Positions 10,072 through 17,571 of a stretch of 43,544 nt of DNA are shown piece by piece; position 1 is the first letter of the stretch, and every line of letters starts with the position of its first letter. The translations under genes were made by a program, and so were the position numbers. The notes below the pieces were generated by a model that had not been told where the DNA came from, did no database searches, and worked only from the letters and a program-made list of their open reading frames with translations. This stretch comes from a virus: the IMG/VR virus record IMGVR_UViG_3300009086_000001. The stretch is one strand, 5' to 3'.

Positions 10072-10498
10072 CGCCCTAACATTTGGAACTGGTCTAATTC
10101 ATACTAAAAATGATTTAGTTGAAAGACAGCAATATAAACCTAGTCTAACTGTTGGTGAAAGTTGGAATTATAAAAAGTTTAATATCGCTGTTAATACTAA
10201 TCGTTTAGCGGTTAGAAGCAATGAATTAAAGCTTAAAAATGGATTAAAATTGAAGCAAAAAACAAGATATGATGCTTTACAGCTTGGTTATAGAATAAAG
10301 CGATTTGTTCCAGCTTTATTTATTGCGAATGTGCAGGTTGAAAAGAAGTTTTTAGACCAAAAAATAACTAACAACTTGTTTATTTATGGGGGTGTGCTAA
10401 ACTACATAGTGACTAAAAATTTCTCTATTGGATTTGGTGGTACGACTATAAATGAAGAAGGGCAGAGTTTTTTTACAAATTTTACGTATAGATTATGA
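10025..10498 (+). CDS. Secreted beta-barrel outer-membrane-protein-like protein
   Basis: Signal peptide 'MKKLLLIFLVLSAKANA' has an Ala-x-Ala site and no lipobox Cys. The rest shows alternating hydrophobic/polar strands and an aromatic-rich C-terminus 'FFTNFTYRL'. It overlaps the upstream gene by 47 nt. Confidence 0.45.
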   Translation: MKKLLLIFLVLSAKANALTFGTGLIHTKNDLVERQQYKPSLTVGESWNYKKFNIAVNTNRLAVRSNELKLKNGLKLKQKTRYDALQLGYRIKRFVPALFIANVQVEKKFLDQKITNNLFIYGGVLNYIVTKNFSIGFGGTTINEEGQSFFTNFTYRL

Positions 10499-10638
10499 AA
10501 GATAAATGCGATGTTGCTAAGTCAGTTATTAGCAAAATATTTAAACATACTTGGACGAGAAGAGCCTTTGCAATAAGCATTGTTCTTTGTAGCGTGAGTG
10601 CTACGGTGATAGTAATGTATGAATATGTTATAAAATGA
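10495..10638 (+). CDS. Small membrane protein (47 aa; below the ORF-track cutoff)
   Basis: ATGA overlaps at both ends. The translation 'MKDKCDVAKSVISKIFKHTWTRRAFAISIVLCSVSATVIVMYEYVIK' has one hydrophobic helix. Confidence 0.4.
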   Translation: MKDKCDVAKSVISKIFKHTWTRRAFAISIVLCSVSATVIVMYEYVIK

Positions 10639-10847
10639 TTAAAAAACTAGGGGCTTTGATATTAGCTATATTGGCTATTTTCTTTGCTGGAAAACACAAA
10701 GGGAAACAAGATGCTAAGAACAAACAAAATAAAAAAGATATTGAGCAAGTGCGATCCTCAAGAAGGATTCGTCAAGCTGTTGGTAAGCTTAACGCTAGTG
10801 AGCGTGCTAAATATTACTCAGAGCTGCTCAACAATGCGGACAGATAG
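10635..10847 (+). CDS. Small membrane protein (holin or i-spanin-like candidate)
   Basis: 70 aa. N-terminal helix 'LGALILAILAIFFAG' followed by a highly basic, helical tail. Confidence 0.45.
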   Translation: MIKKLGALILAILAIFFAGKHKGKQDAKNKQNKKDIEQVRSSRRIRQAVGKLNASERAKYYSELLNNADR

Positions 10848-10965
10848 TTTTTGTTTATGGGCGGACACTGAATTAGTAAGTGAGGATGAGTTTATAATTT
10901 TAGGCGAAGAATCACAAAATAAAATTTTACATTATCAATCTAAGTTTAATGAAAATTGCAAATGA
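10834..10965 (+). CDS. Small ORF overlapping the end of 10635..10847 (start uncertain; alternative ATG at 10711)
   Basis: A second open frame runs 10684..10965. The track start is TTG, and in-frame ATGs lie at 10711 and 10834. Confidence 0.25.
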   Translation: MRTDSFCLWADTELVSEDEFIILGEESQNKILHYQSKFNENCK

Positions 10966-11014
10966 TAGGTTTTGATTCCAGTTATGGAGAAATTATTTTA
11001 GAGTTATTAGAATC

Positions 11015-11473
11015 ATGCTAGATATATCAGTTTTGGACAGAAAAAATTTTAATGCGGAAGAGTTTATTGAATCCAGCACAGCAAAAACTGAAAAGATAGA
11101 TAATAATGTCTACGATCCAGTTGTTTTGGCAAATTTAAACAGAACGGCTGATAAAGCACAGGAAATAAGAGACTTCTTGAATCAGCCAATTAAAATAAAT
11201 AGCGGTTACAGATGTTTAAAGTTAAATAGAGAGCTTGGCAGCAAAGACACTAGCCAGCATATAAAAGGGCAAGCAATAGATTTTTACTGTCCTCAGCTTA
11301 GAAATAACGCTCTTGTAGTCCAAAAATTAAAAGAGCATAATATTATTGTAGATCAGTGCTTAATGGAGGGCTCTTGGATACATTTAAGTATTAGAGAATC
11401 TGGTGCGAATAGGAATCAATACGCCTATTTCGAACCAGATGAGAATGGTAAAAGAAAAATAGTTGAATTATGA
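11015..11473 (+). CDS. Endolysin, peptidase M15 family (zinc D-Ala-D-Ala carboxypeptidase / L-Ala-D-Glu peptidase-like)
   Basis: 'SGYRCLKLNRELGS', 'SQHIKGQAIDF' and a later 'WIHLS' match the H-x6-D ... H zinc-ligand pattern of M15 cell-wall peptidases. Confidence 0.8.
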   Translation: MLDISVLDRKNFNAEEFIESSTAKTEKIDNNVYDPVVLANLNRTADKAQEIRDFLNQPIKINSGYRCLKLNRELGSKDTSQHIKGQAIDFYCPQLRNNALVVQKLKEHNIIVDQCLMEGSWIHLSIRESGANRNQYAYFEPDENGKRKIVEL

Positions 11474-11619
11474 GTATTACAAAAGAAATAACAACAGAGA
11501 TAATACGTGAAATAACCTCAAACATCATTGCTGGCGAGGTTGATGACGATAATAATATTTTACTTGAGGATGGTTTTAACCTTCTCTTGGAGGATGGAGA
11601 CAAAATTTTATTAGAATAA
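11470..11619 (+). CDS. Small acidic protein with duplicated LLEDG motif (49 aa; not in ORF track)
   Basis: ATGA overlap with the endolysin gene. The C-terminus reads 'ILLEDGFNLLLEDGDKILLE'. Confidence 0.45.
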   Translation: MSITKEITTEIIREITSNIIAGEVDDDNNILLEDGFNLLLEDGDKILLE

Positions 11620-11639
11620 TAATTTAAATTAAAATAAAA

Positions 11640-12677
11640 ATGGCAGATTTAAAAATAAGTGAATTAACAGACGGCGGTAATCTACAAGATACAGATCAAC
11701 TAGTTGTTAATAGGGGTGGTGCTAATCGTAGGGTGACAAGCAATAATTTGAATCAGAACCAAATTGCATTCGGGAACGCTTTGAACAAAAAAACATCAAG
11801 TTCTAATCTTACTTGGGATGACACAAATAAAAGATTAGCAGCTGGAACAACCAACACTATTAGTGCAGACAATGCGGTTGCGTTAGGTGAGAATAACACA
11901 GCAAGTCAAACTGGTGCAATGGCAGTTAATGGTGAGAATATCGCAAGTGGGTTTTATAGTTTTTCTGGTGGCTTCGCAAACCATTCAACAGGCGATCAAT
12001 CTATTTCTTTTGGTGTAAATACTCAGGCTACAGGCACTAATTCATTTGCAATAGGCGATAAGCCAGTTGCAAGTGGTCGTAATTCGATAGCAACTGGTTT
12101 CCTTTCCGTTGCTTCTGGTGAAAATTCTTTAACGCTTGGTGAGAACTCGCAGGCAAAAGGTAAAAATAGCCTAGCTTCTGGAATTGATACTATATCAACT
12201 TATTCAATGTTAGCTTTGGGTAGATATAATGTTGAGGAGGGTAATCTATTATCTTGGGTAGCTACCGATCCTGCACTTATCATTGGTAATGGCACTAGTA
12301 ACGCCGCACGATCAAATGCTTTAAAGATTTTAAAGAATGGGAATATTGAGACAATAGGAACAATAAAGGCTAGATTAGAGATTGTTCAAGTTACGGCATT
12401 AACAAAATCACTAATTTTAAGTGATGCAAACACTGAACAAGAAATGAGTAATGCTGCCGCTCAAACTTTAACAGTAGAACCAGACTCGACAACTAACTTT
12501 CCAATTGGAACAAGAATTACTGTTATAAATTTTGGCGTTGGTGTCGTAACCATTGCAGAAGGTCCAGGAGTAACCATTGTTAGAGCTAATTCTTTAGTAA
12601 TGAACGGGCAAGGATCTTCAGTTGAGTTAGTAAAAAGATCAGCCAACACTTGGTCATTAGTCGGAGGTGCAGTTTAA
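11640..12677 (+). CDS. Tail fibre with YadA/Hep_Hag-like adhesin head repeats
   Basis: The N-terminus 'MADLKISELTDGGNLQDTDQLVVNRGG' is typical of phage fibres. The centre holds repeats of the form 'NS.A.G..S.A.G.N' (for example 'GRNSIATGFLSVASGENSLTLGENSQAKGKNSLASG'). A strong A/T leader precedes the ATG. Confidence 0.6.
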   Translation: MADLKISELTDGGNLQDTDQLVVNRGGANRRVTSNNLNQNQIAFGNALNKKTSSSNLTWDDTNKRLAAGTTNTISADNAVALGENNTASQTGAMAVNGENIASGFYSFSGGFANHSTGDQSISFGVNTQATGTNSFAIGDKPVASGRNSIATGFLSVASGENSLTLGENSQAKGKNSLASGIDTISTYSMLALGRYNVEEGNLLSWVATDPALIIGNGTSNAARSNALKILKNGNIETIGTIKARLEIVQVTALTKSLILSDANTEQEMSNAAAQTLTVEPDSTTNFPIGTRITVINFGVGVVTIAEGPGVTIVRANSLVMNGQGSSVELVKRSANTWSLVGGAV

Positions 12678-13759
12678 TGACCTCCAAAGCAGCAATTTAT
12701 CAGCAAACAGGATTATTTTTTACCCTAACTGTTGACACAACAGATCAATCAAGGGTTGGAGCTTCAAATACAGATCAATACAGCCTGCCTTTGCAAGATG
12801 TATCTGGTATTTATAGTGCGATTGTTGTTTATAACGACGAAGTTATTCATACAATTAATAGTAGCTCTGATAATTTAATAACTTTTCCAGACGGCGGCGG
12901 TATTAAAACCTTTGAGATAAGAGGTAGGTTAAAAGGCATACAGCATGCAAACGGCGGTGCTGATAATCCTAAGCTTCTTGAATTAAAATGGGGTCAGTGC
13001 GAATTTGCGAATTTTAACAATTTGCGAGACTGCCCTAATTTATCCAAAGTTTCTGGTGTCCCAAATTTATCAAATACACCAGTATTTGCCTTTGTTTTTC
13101 AGGACACTCCAAGTCTTTTGGACATAGAAGACTTAAATGAATATGATGTATCTGGTATTACAGGTGCTACTAATCAATTATTTACAAGATGTCCATTCAA
13201 CACATTTCATGGAGATTGGGATACGAGCCAATGGACTGGTAAATTCAGAATGTATTTGGAAGCTACTAATTACAATCAACCCGACAATCACGATCACACC
13301 AATGTTACCAATTTTAATTCATACAGATTCAGAAATACCGCTTACAATCAAGTTGTAAATATGCATATTCCATCAGCTACTACATTAGGCTTATTTATGC
13401 GTGAATGTATAAATCAAAATAAAGATATTAATTTGACAGGAACGCATAATGTTAGTGATTATAGTGCAGCTTTCCAAGGTTTATCATCTTTTGGAGATGG
13501 TGGAAGTGGTGCAACAATAAGTATTGAAAGCTTTGAAGGAGCAACCAATTTATCTAATATGCTTTTTGGAACTAAATTAACAACAGCTAATATCGATCAA
13601 ATATTAAATCAATGGGTAAATACAATTTCAACAGCCACAGGGTTGCCGATGGCGAATTTTACCACAGACCTAGGCGGAAGTATTCCTTCAGCACAAGGTC
13701 TTTTAGACATAGCAACATTGCAAGGGCGTGGTTGGACAATTAACAATATAGGAGCATAA
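12677..13759 (+). CDS. Surface / receptor-binding-like protein with DUF285 (BspA-type) like repeats
   Basis: The ATG at 12677 overlaps the upstream TAA. Motifs such as 'GDWDTSQWTG', 'TNVTNFNSYRFRNTAYNQ' and 'NLSNMLFGT' recall DUF285 repeats. Confidence 0.4.
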   Translation: MTSKAAIYQQTGLFFTLTVDTTDQSRVGASNTDQYSLPLQDVSGIYSAIVVYNDEVIHTINSSSDNLITFPDGGGIKTFEIRGRLKGIQHANGGADNPKLLELKWGQCEFANFNNLRDCPNLSKVSGVPNLSNTPVFAFVFQDTPSLLDIEDLNEYDVSGITGATNQLFTRCPFNTFHGDWDTSQWTGKFRMYLEATNYNQPDNHDHTNVTNFNSYRFRNTAYNQVVNMHIPSATTLGLFMRECINQNKDINLTGTHNVSDYSAAFQGLSSFGDGGSGATISIESFEGATNLSNMLFGTKLTTANIDQILNQWVNTISTATGLPMANFTTDLGGSIPSAQGLLDIATLQGRGWTINNIGA

Positions 13760-13760
13760 A

Positions 13761-14006
13761 ATGGAAACAGATATAACAAATACAACGGGTCAAAACATTT
13801 ATTGGATTATAATAAATGGAGTTGTTGATTATAATATTTTGTGCGATAGTTGCAAACTAGTTAGCGGAAGGGAGAAGCAAGCTCAATTATTTGAACTAGC
13901 AACTGACGCAGAAGCAAAAGATAAATGGGTCACGGCGTTAAACGCTTTAGGCGTGACAAATGAAGAGATTGAAGAAAGGCTGGGGATGTTAATTTCAGAA
14001 ATGTAA
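13761..14006 (+). CDS. Hypothetical protein (last rightward gene)
   Basis: 81-aa ORF starting 2 nt after the previous stop. Confidence 0.5.
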   Translation: METDITNTTGQNIYWIIINGVVDYNILCDSCKLVSGREKQAQLFELATDAEAKDKWVTALNALGVTNEEIEERLGMLISEM

Positions 14007-14087
14007 TTATTTCTTCTGACTATTCCCTCTTGGATTCTTGACTCTTCAAATTTACTCATTATTATTTATCTAGTTAATAAAGTTGGG

Positions 14088-14119
14088 GAGCTTGGTTTTA
14101 ATTTGCCAAGCTCTTTCTT
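14088..14119. terminator. Hairpin between the convergent arms (putative bidirectional terminator)
   Basis: gagcttgg (14088-14095) and ccaagctc (14106-14113) form a perfect 8-bp stem with a 10-nt loop, followed by tttctt on the + strand. It abuts the ssb stop codon on the - strand. Confidence 0.55.
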
Positions 14120-14567
14120 AAAATGGGATAGAATCATCCAGTTCAACAACCTTAGAACCTTCAAATTGATCTCTAGCAGTTTCTTCAATGCTTTTATTTT
14201 GATCTTGCTCTTTATTTCCACCCTTACTACCCAGCATTTGCAAATTAGAATTAAAGTTTTGTAAAACAATTTCAGTTGTGTATTTATCAACCCCGTCTTT
14301 ATCAGTCCATTTTCTAGTTTGCAAAGCTCCTTCGATATAAAGTTTTGAACCTTTTTTGACATATTGCTTGATAATTCCAACTAAGCCTTGAGAGAAAACA
14401 ACAACTCTGTGCCACTCAGATTTACTTTTACGCTCACCAGTTTGTTTGTCTTTCCAACTTTCAGAAGTAGCAATTGAGAAATTAGCAATCTCTTTGCCAT
14501 CGTTAGTTTTTCTAATCTCAGGATTTTGTCCTAAATGTCCAATTAATTGTACTTTATTTAAACTCAT
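14118..14567 (-). CDS. ssb: Single-stranded DNA-binding protein
   Basis: OB-fold N-terminus 'MSLNKVQLIGHLGQNPEIR...WHRVVVF', a flexible Gly/Gln-rich linker, and the canonical acidic tail 'DDSIPF'. Confidence 0.9.
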   Translation of the reverse strand: MSLNKVQLIGHLGQNPEIRKTNDGKEIANFSIATSESWKDKQTGERKSKSEWHRVVVFSQGLVGIIKQYVKKGSKLYIEGALQTRKWTDKDGVDKYTTEIVLQNFNSNLQMLGSKGGNKEQDQNKSIEETARDQFEGSKVVELDDSIPF

Positions 14568-14746
14568 TTCTTATTCCTCTTAACAACTCTTTTCCATAAG
14601 AGCGATTCAATCTTATTAATATATCTATTAGCATCACTTAATGATTTTTTTAGAGTCTCAATCTCTTTCACTAAAGACCTAATAGCTATTAGGTTAATTA
14701 TAAGTGTAATAAATATAATTGCATTAAAAATCATGATTATTTTCAT
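14564..14746 (-). CDS. Small membrane protein
   Basis: 60 aa. N-terminal helix 'IIMIFNAIIFITLIINLIAI' followed by a coiled coil. ATGA overlaps on both sides. Confidence 0.5.
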   Translation of the reverse strand: MKIIMIFNAIIFITLIINLIAIRSLVKEIETLKKSLSDANRYINKIESLLWKRVVKRNKK

Positions 14747-15039
14747 TTTTTTATTCTATTTTGAATTGATTTATTCAATAGCATCAAATCATTTATAATT
14801 AAATCACTGAATTCTCTTACCTTTTCAATGGTGCTGTTAATTTCTTCTTCGATATCCTTCTTTATATCTCCAAGATAACCCTTTACTTTTAATTGATTTA
14901 CATGGTGAAACGCTAAAGACGTACTACTTAGGTTACACGCATCTTTTATTTCCTGAAATGTTGGTTTAGAAGTTTCGTGTGCCTCAATAAATTTTAGTAT
15001 TTTTTCTTGAGTACTACTTAGTTTTTTAATTTTACTCAT
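14743..15039 (-). CDS. LexA N-terminal-like winged-helix DNA-binding protein without a peptidase domain
   Basis: 'LSSTQEKILKFIEAHETSKPTFQEIKDACNLSSTSLAFHHVNQLKVKGYL' parallels the LexA DNA-binding domain. It is only 98 aa, so there is no S24 domain. SD AAGGAGA lies upstream. Confidence 0.55.
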   Translation of the reverse strand: MSKIKKLSSTQEKILKFIEAHETSKPTFQEIKDACNLSSTSLAFHHVNQLKVKGYLGDIKKDIEEEINSTIEKVREFSDLIINDLMLLNKSIQNRIKK

Positions 15040-15050
15040 TATTCTCCTTA

Positions 15051-15218
15051 TTAAATGGTGGTAAATGTCTCACTCAGAAGCTTATCATAGCGTTTAATCC
15101 TTTCAATAATTAAATCATCTACTAATTGTATAATTTCAGACGGAGTTAATAAATCTAAATTTATCTCACTTACACCAAGTTCTTTTAAGACTTGTTCTAA
15201 TTTTCTTTCTTTACTCAT
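15051..15218 (-). CDS. Hypothetical protein (55 aa; not in ORF track)
   Basis: ATG at 15218 within ATGAGTAA, which overlaps the upstream stop. The ORF is open to the TAA at 15051-15053. Confidence 0.4.
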   Translation of the reverse strand: MSKERKLEQVLKELGVSEINLDLLTPSEIIQLVDDLIIERIKRYDKLLSETFTTI

Positions 15219-15393
15219 TACTTTCCTTTTTTTCTAATTTATTCAATGCTTCCTTTAAAATAGATTGAGCATCTTCTAGATCTTTCTGATTTACTATTTT
15301 AATACCATTTTTTGTAATAATGTAATCAGATAAGCAAGAATTAGCCACAACTATTGCCTCGGTAGCTATTTGTAATTTTTCTTTTAAATTCAT
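15211..15393 (-). CDS. Hypothetical protein
   Basis: 60-aa ORF in the leftward operon. Confidence 0.5.
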   Translation of the reverse strand: MNLKEKLQIATEAIVVANSCLSDYIITKNGIKIVNQKDLEDAQSILKEALNKLEKKESNE

Positions 15394-15404
15394 ATCTTTG
15401 TTTT

Positions 15405-16472
15405 TTAATTCCTATTCTTACTAACCCTCAAAGCCCCTCTTTTATCAAACTTAGCTATGTAATCAGTGCCAACAACACTAATATTTGTGCCCATACCGTG
15501 AATTATTTTACAATTAGTTGATTCTAATTCAGTTTTAAGCTTAGTAAATTCATTATTAATAATGCCTCTTTCACTTAATAAATAATCTAGCTCATTATTA
15601 GCTCTTATTTCACCGTATTTTTCAGGATACATTTTAGCTAACATTTTCTTTTCACGCATCAATTTATCTTTGTTATCGCTTAGACTAGGTAGTATTACTT
15701 TATCCATTGCCTCTTGGAAGCGTTTTAAAGCTAGTTTACAAATGTTTTGAATAGTTTTATTGGCTTTGTAGGTGTAGGTGTAAAGGTTGTAATATTTATC
15801 TAACTCTTGATAACATTCATCTACAGCATCATATTCATGCTCTTTATTATATTCTATATAATTAGCAAAATTTAACTTACCCAAAACCTTGCCTTTAAAG
15901 AAATCATTATCAAATTCTTTTTCTTTTGGTGCTAAACAAGCTAACAATCCCCAATCATTACCACAAACCATCATATTATATTGGAGTTGGAATAGGTATT
16001 GGAATTTAGCCCCTGCCTCTGCTTCAAAATTAAAAGCGTAAGGTGTTGTTTTCACTTCCAACATACCTTTGCTAGCCTCGACCTCTTTTTTATCATAATC
16101 AATAAAATCTTCTTTAGCTTCAACAAAACCATCAGGAGAACAAGCCGCCAACTCGTGAATATCAGAATTAATTATAAAATCTTTTGAACCAGTTGCAACA
16201 AAATTATTGTTTTCTTGGTTGATTCTGTTTATAATATAATCCTCCATTCCTAACCCAAACTCACTACATACTTGACTAATTGGATCTGGTTTTACATCAA
16301 ATTTCTTTTCAAGATAAACCTCAAGAGCAGTTTTAAAGCTTGTCTCGTTTTCAATACCTATTTGAGCCAATTCTTTTTTGCAATAGTGCAGGGCAATTGA
16401 GAATATTTCAGAACCACCAATGTATTTACGCTTTTCTGTTAGCCACTCTTGGCTTTGTTGTTTAATTGTCAT
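15405..16472 (-). CDS. YqaJ-type (lambda Exo-like, PD-(D/E)XK) recombination exonuclease
   Basis: The N-terminal 'QSQEWLTEKRKYIGGSEIFSI' matches the YqaJ signature, and there is a later 'MLEVKTT' E-x-K motif. It lies close to recT. Confidence 0.75.
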   Translation of the reverse strand: MTIKQQSQEWLTEKRKYIGGSEIFSIALHYCKKELAQIGIENETSFKTALEVYLEKKFDVKPDPISQVCSEFGLGMEDYIINRINQENNNFVATGSKDFIINSDIHELAACSPDGFVEAKEDFIDYDKKEVEASKGMLEVKTTPYAFNFEAEAGAKFQYLFQLQYNMMVCGNDWGLLACLAPKEKEFDNDFFKGKVLGKLNFANYIEYNKEHEYDAVDECYQELDKYYNLYTYTYKANKTIQNICKLALKRFQEAMDKVILPSLSDNKDKLMREKKMLAKMYPEKYGEIRANNELDYLLSERGIINNEFTKLKTELESTNCKIIHGMGTNISVVGTDYIAKFDKRGALRVSKNRN

Positions 16473-16722
16473 CTCTTTCTATAATTTCTATTTCTTCATG
16501 TTGTTTATTATCCTTTTCTAGATAATAGAATTGTTTTGACTGATCTGGATTGTAAAAATGAGCTACTGAAAAATAATTTCCAAGTCTTTCACTTGCATGA
16601 TTTCCTATAACTTGCTTATACATATAATGCTTTCTTCTAGAGCCTTTGAAATGATATATCTTTAATACATCTCCAATTTTAATTTTTTTACCTTTTCTAT
16701 CTAAAATAAATTTTTCTTCCAT
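16462..16722 (-). CDS. Hypothetical protein
   Basis: 86-aa ORF overlapping the exonuclease start by 11 nt. Confidence 0.5.
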   Translation of the reverse strand: MEEKFILDRKGKKIKIGDVLKIYHFKGSRRKHYMYKQVIGNHASERLGNYFSVAHFYNPDQSKQFYYLEKDNKQHEEIEIIERDDN

Positions 16723-16730
16723 AATTAATA

Positions 16731-17084
16731 TTATTTACTTATCCAATCTAATAAATTTAAACTACTCTTTGTTAATAACTTCTTAGCTTTATTTTTAAAA
16801 CCTTTATTATCCAAATTTTCAGCAAATAAATAAATTACTGACAAAGGAATATCAAACACTTCTGAATATTTTTGCAAAGTTTCATTAGTTGGGTTTTTAA
16901 TCCCTTTTTCAATTTGTGAAATATAAGAGCGACTTATGTTTAACTTTTCGCTTAATTCTAATTGAGTTAGCTTGTTAAAAGTTCTTATGTGTTTTAATAT
17001 TTTTGGTAAACTACCCACCTGACTTTTTATATTTAAATTAAAAATGTAACTACATATTAACTTAATGTTTCTATATGTCAACAA
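16731..17084 (-). CDS. XRE-family helix-turn-helix transcriptional regulator (start uncertain)
   Basis: 'LKHIRTFNKLTQLELSEKLNISRSYISQIEKGIKNPT' is a classic HTH_3 motif. The maximal ORF begins with TTG at 17084. An in-frame GTG at 17018, downstream of a promoter-like site, may be the real start. Confidence 0.8.
   Translation of the reverse strand: MLTYRNIKLICSYIFNLNIKSQVGSLPKILKHIRTFNKLTQLELSEKLNISRSYISQIEKGIKNPTNETLQKYSEVFDIPLSVIYLFAENLDNKGFKNKAKKLLTKSSLNLLDWISK
17054..17081 (-). promoter_or_regulatory. Putative sigma70-type internal promoter for the XRE gene
   Basis: Minus-strand TTGACA (17081-17076), 16-nt spacer, TAATAT (17059-17054). The -35 box overlaps the TGA stop of the upstream gene. 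Confidence 0.4.
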
Positions 17085-17311
17085 TTAATTTCATATTTTT
17101 TAAGAATTTTATCTAATCTTTTTTCGCTAATAGTTTTAGTGGCAGAATAAAAAGCCTCGTGTTTCTCTCGTTCGTCATCTAAATACAAAGCAGCCCTTGC
17201 AGCCCCTAATATGTAACACATTCCAGTTAATTTTTCCTGTAATTCCAGTATGTCAGAATCCATTTTATGTATTATTTTTAGTAAATCGTAGTGTTTTATG
17301 TTGTTCGTCAT
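17078..17311 (-). CDS. Hypothetical protein
   Basis: 77-aa ORF with an ATGA overlap to the upstream gene. Confidence 0.5.
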   Translation of the reverse strand: MTNNIKHYDLLKIIHKMDSDILELQEKLTGMCYILGAARAALYLDDEREKHEAFYSATKTISEKRLDKILKKYEINC

Positions 17312-17571
17312 ATTTTTTTTCTTGTTATCGTTTCAATTTGTTCTATTAATTCAACTTCATCAAATAGATTTACCTTTGACTGAAAAAGCCTATGCTTGCC
17401 GCCTAAGTCTGTAGTAACATAATCTCCTTCAAAAACATCTTCGCTTTTATCTGTTATCACTCTTGTTACCCTATGGGGTGTTATTTGTATATATTGCAAG
17501 GTATTTTGGTTATGAAAATCACAATATTTTATTACTGAAAAAACTTGCTGTCCTACTTTATATTTACTCAT
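17308..17571 (-). CDS. Hypothetical protein
   Basis: The ATG at 17571 lies within GATGAGTAA, overlapping the recT stop, and is preceded by GAGGGGGGG. The track start at 17583 is less likely. Confidence 0.5.
   Translation of the reverse strand: MSKYKVGQQVFSVIKYCDFHNQNTLQYIQITPHRVTRVITDKSEDVFEGDYVTTDLGGKHRLFQSKVNLFDEVELIEQIETITRKKI

Noticed and set aside
10684-10965. The 93-aa ORF as listed in the track.
   Set aside because: The listed start is TTG and most of the ORF overlaps 10635..10847 in another frame. I kept only the shorter ATG-initiated versions as low-confidence possibilities.
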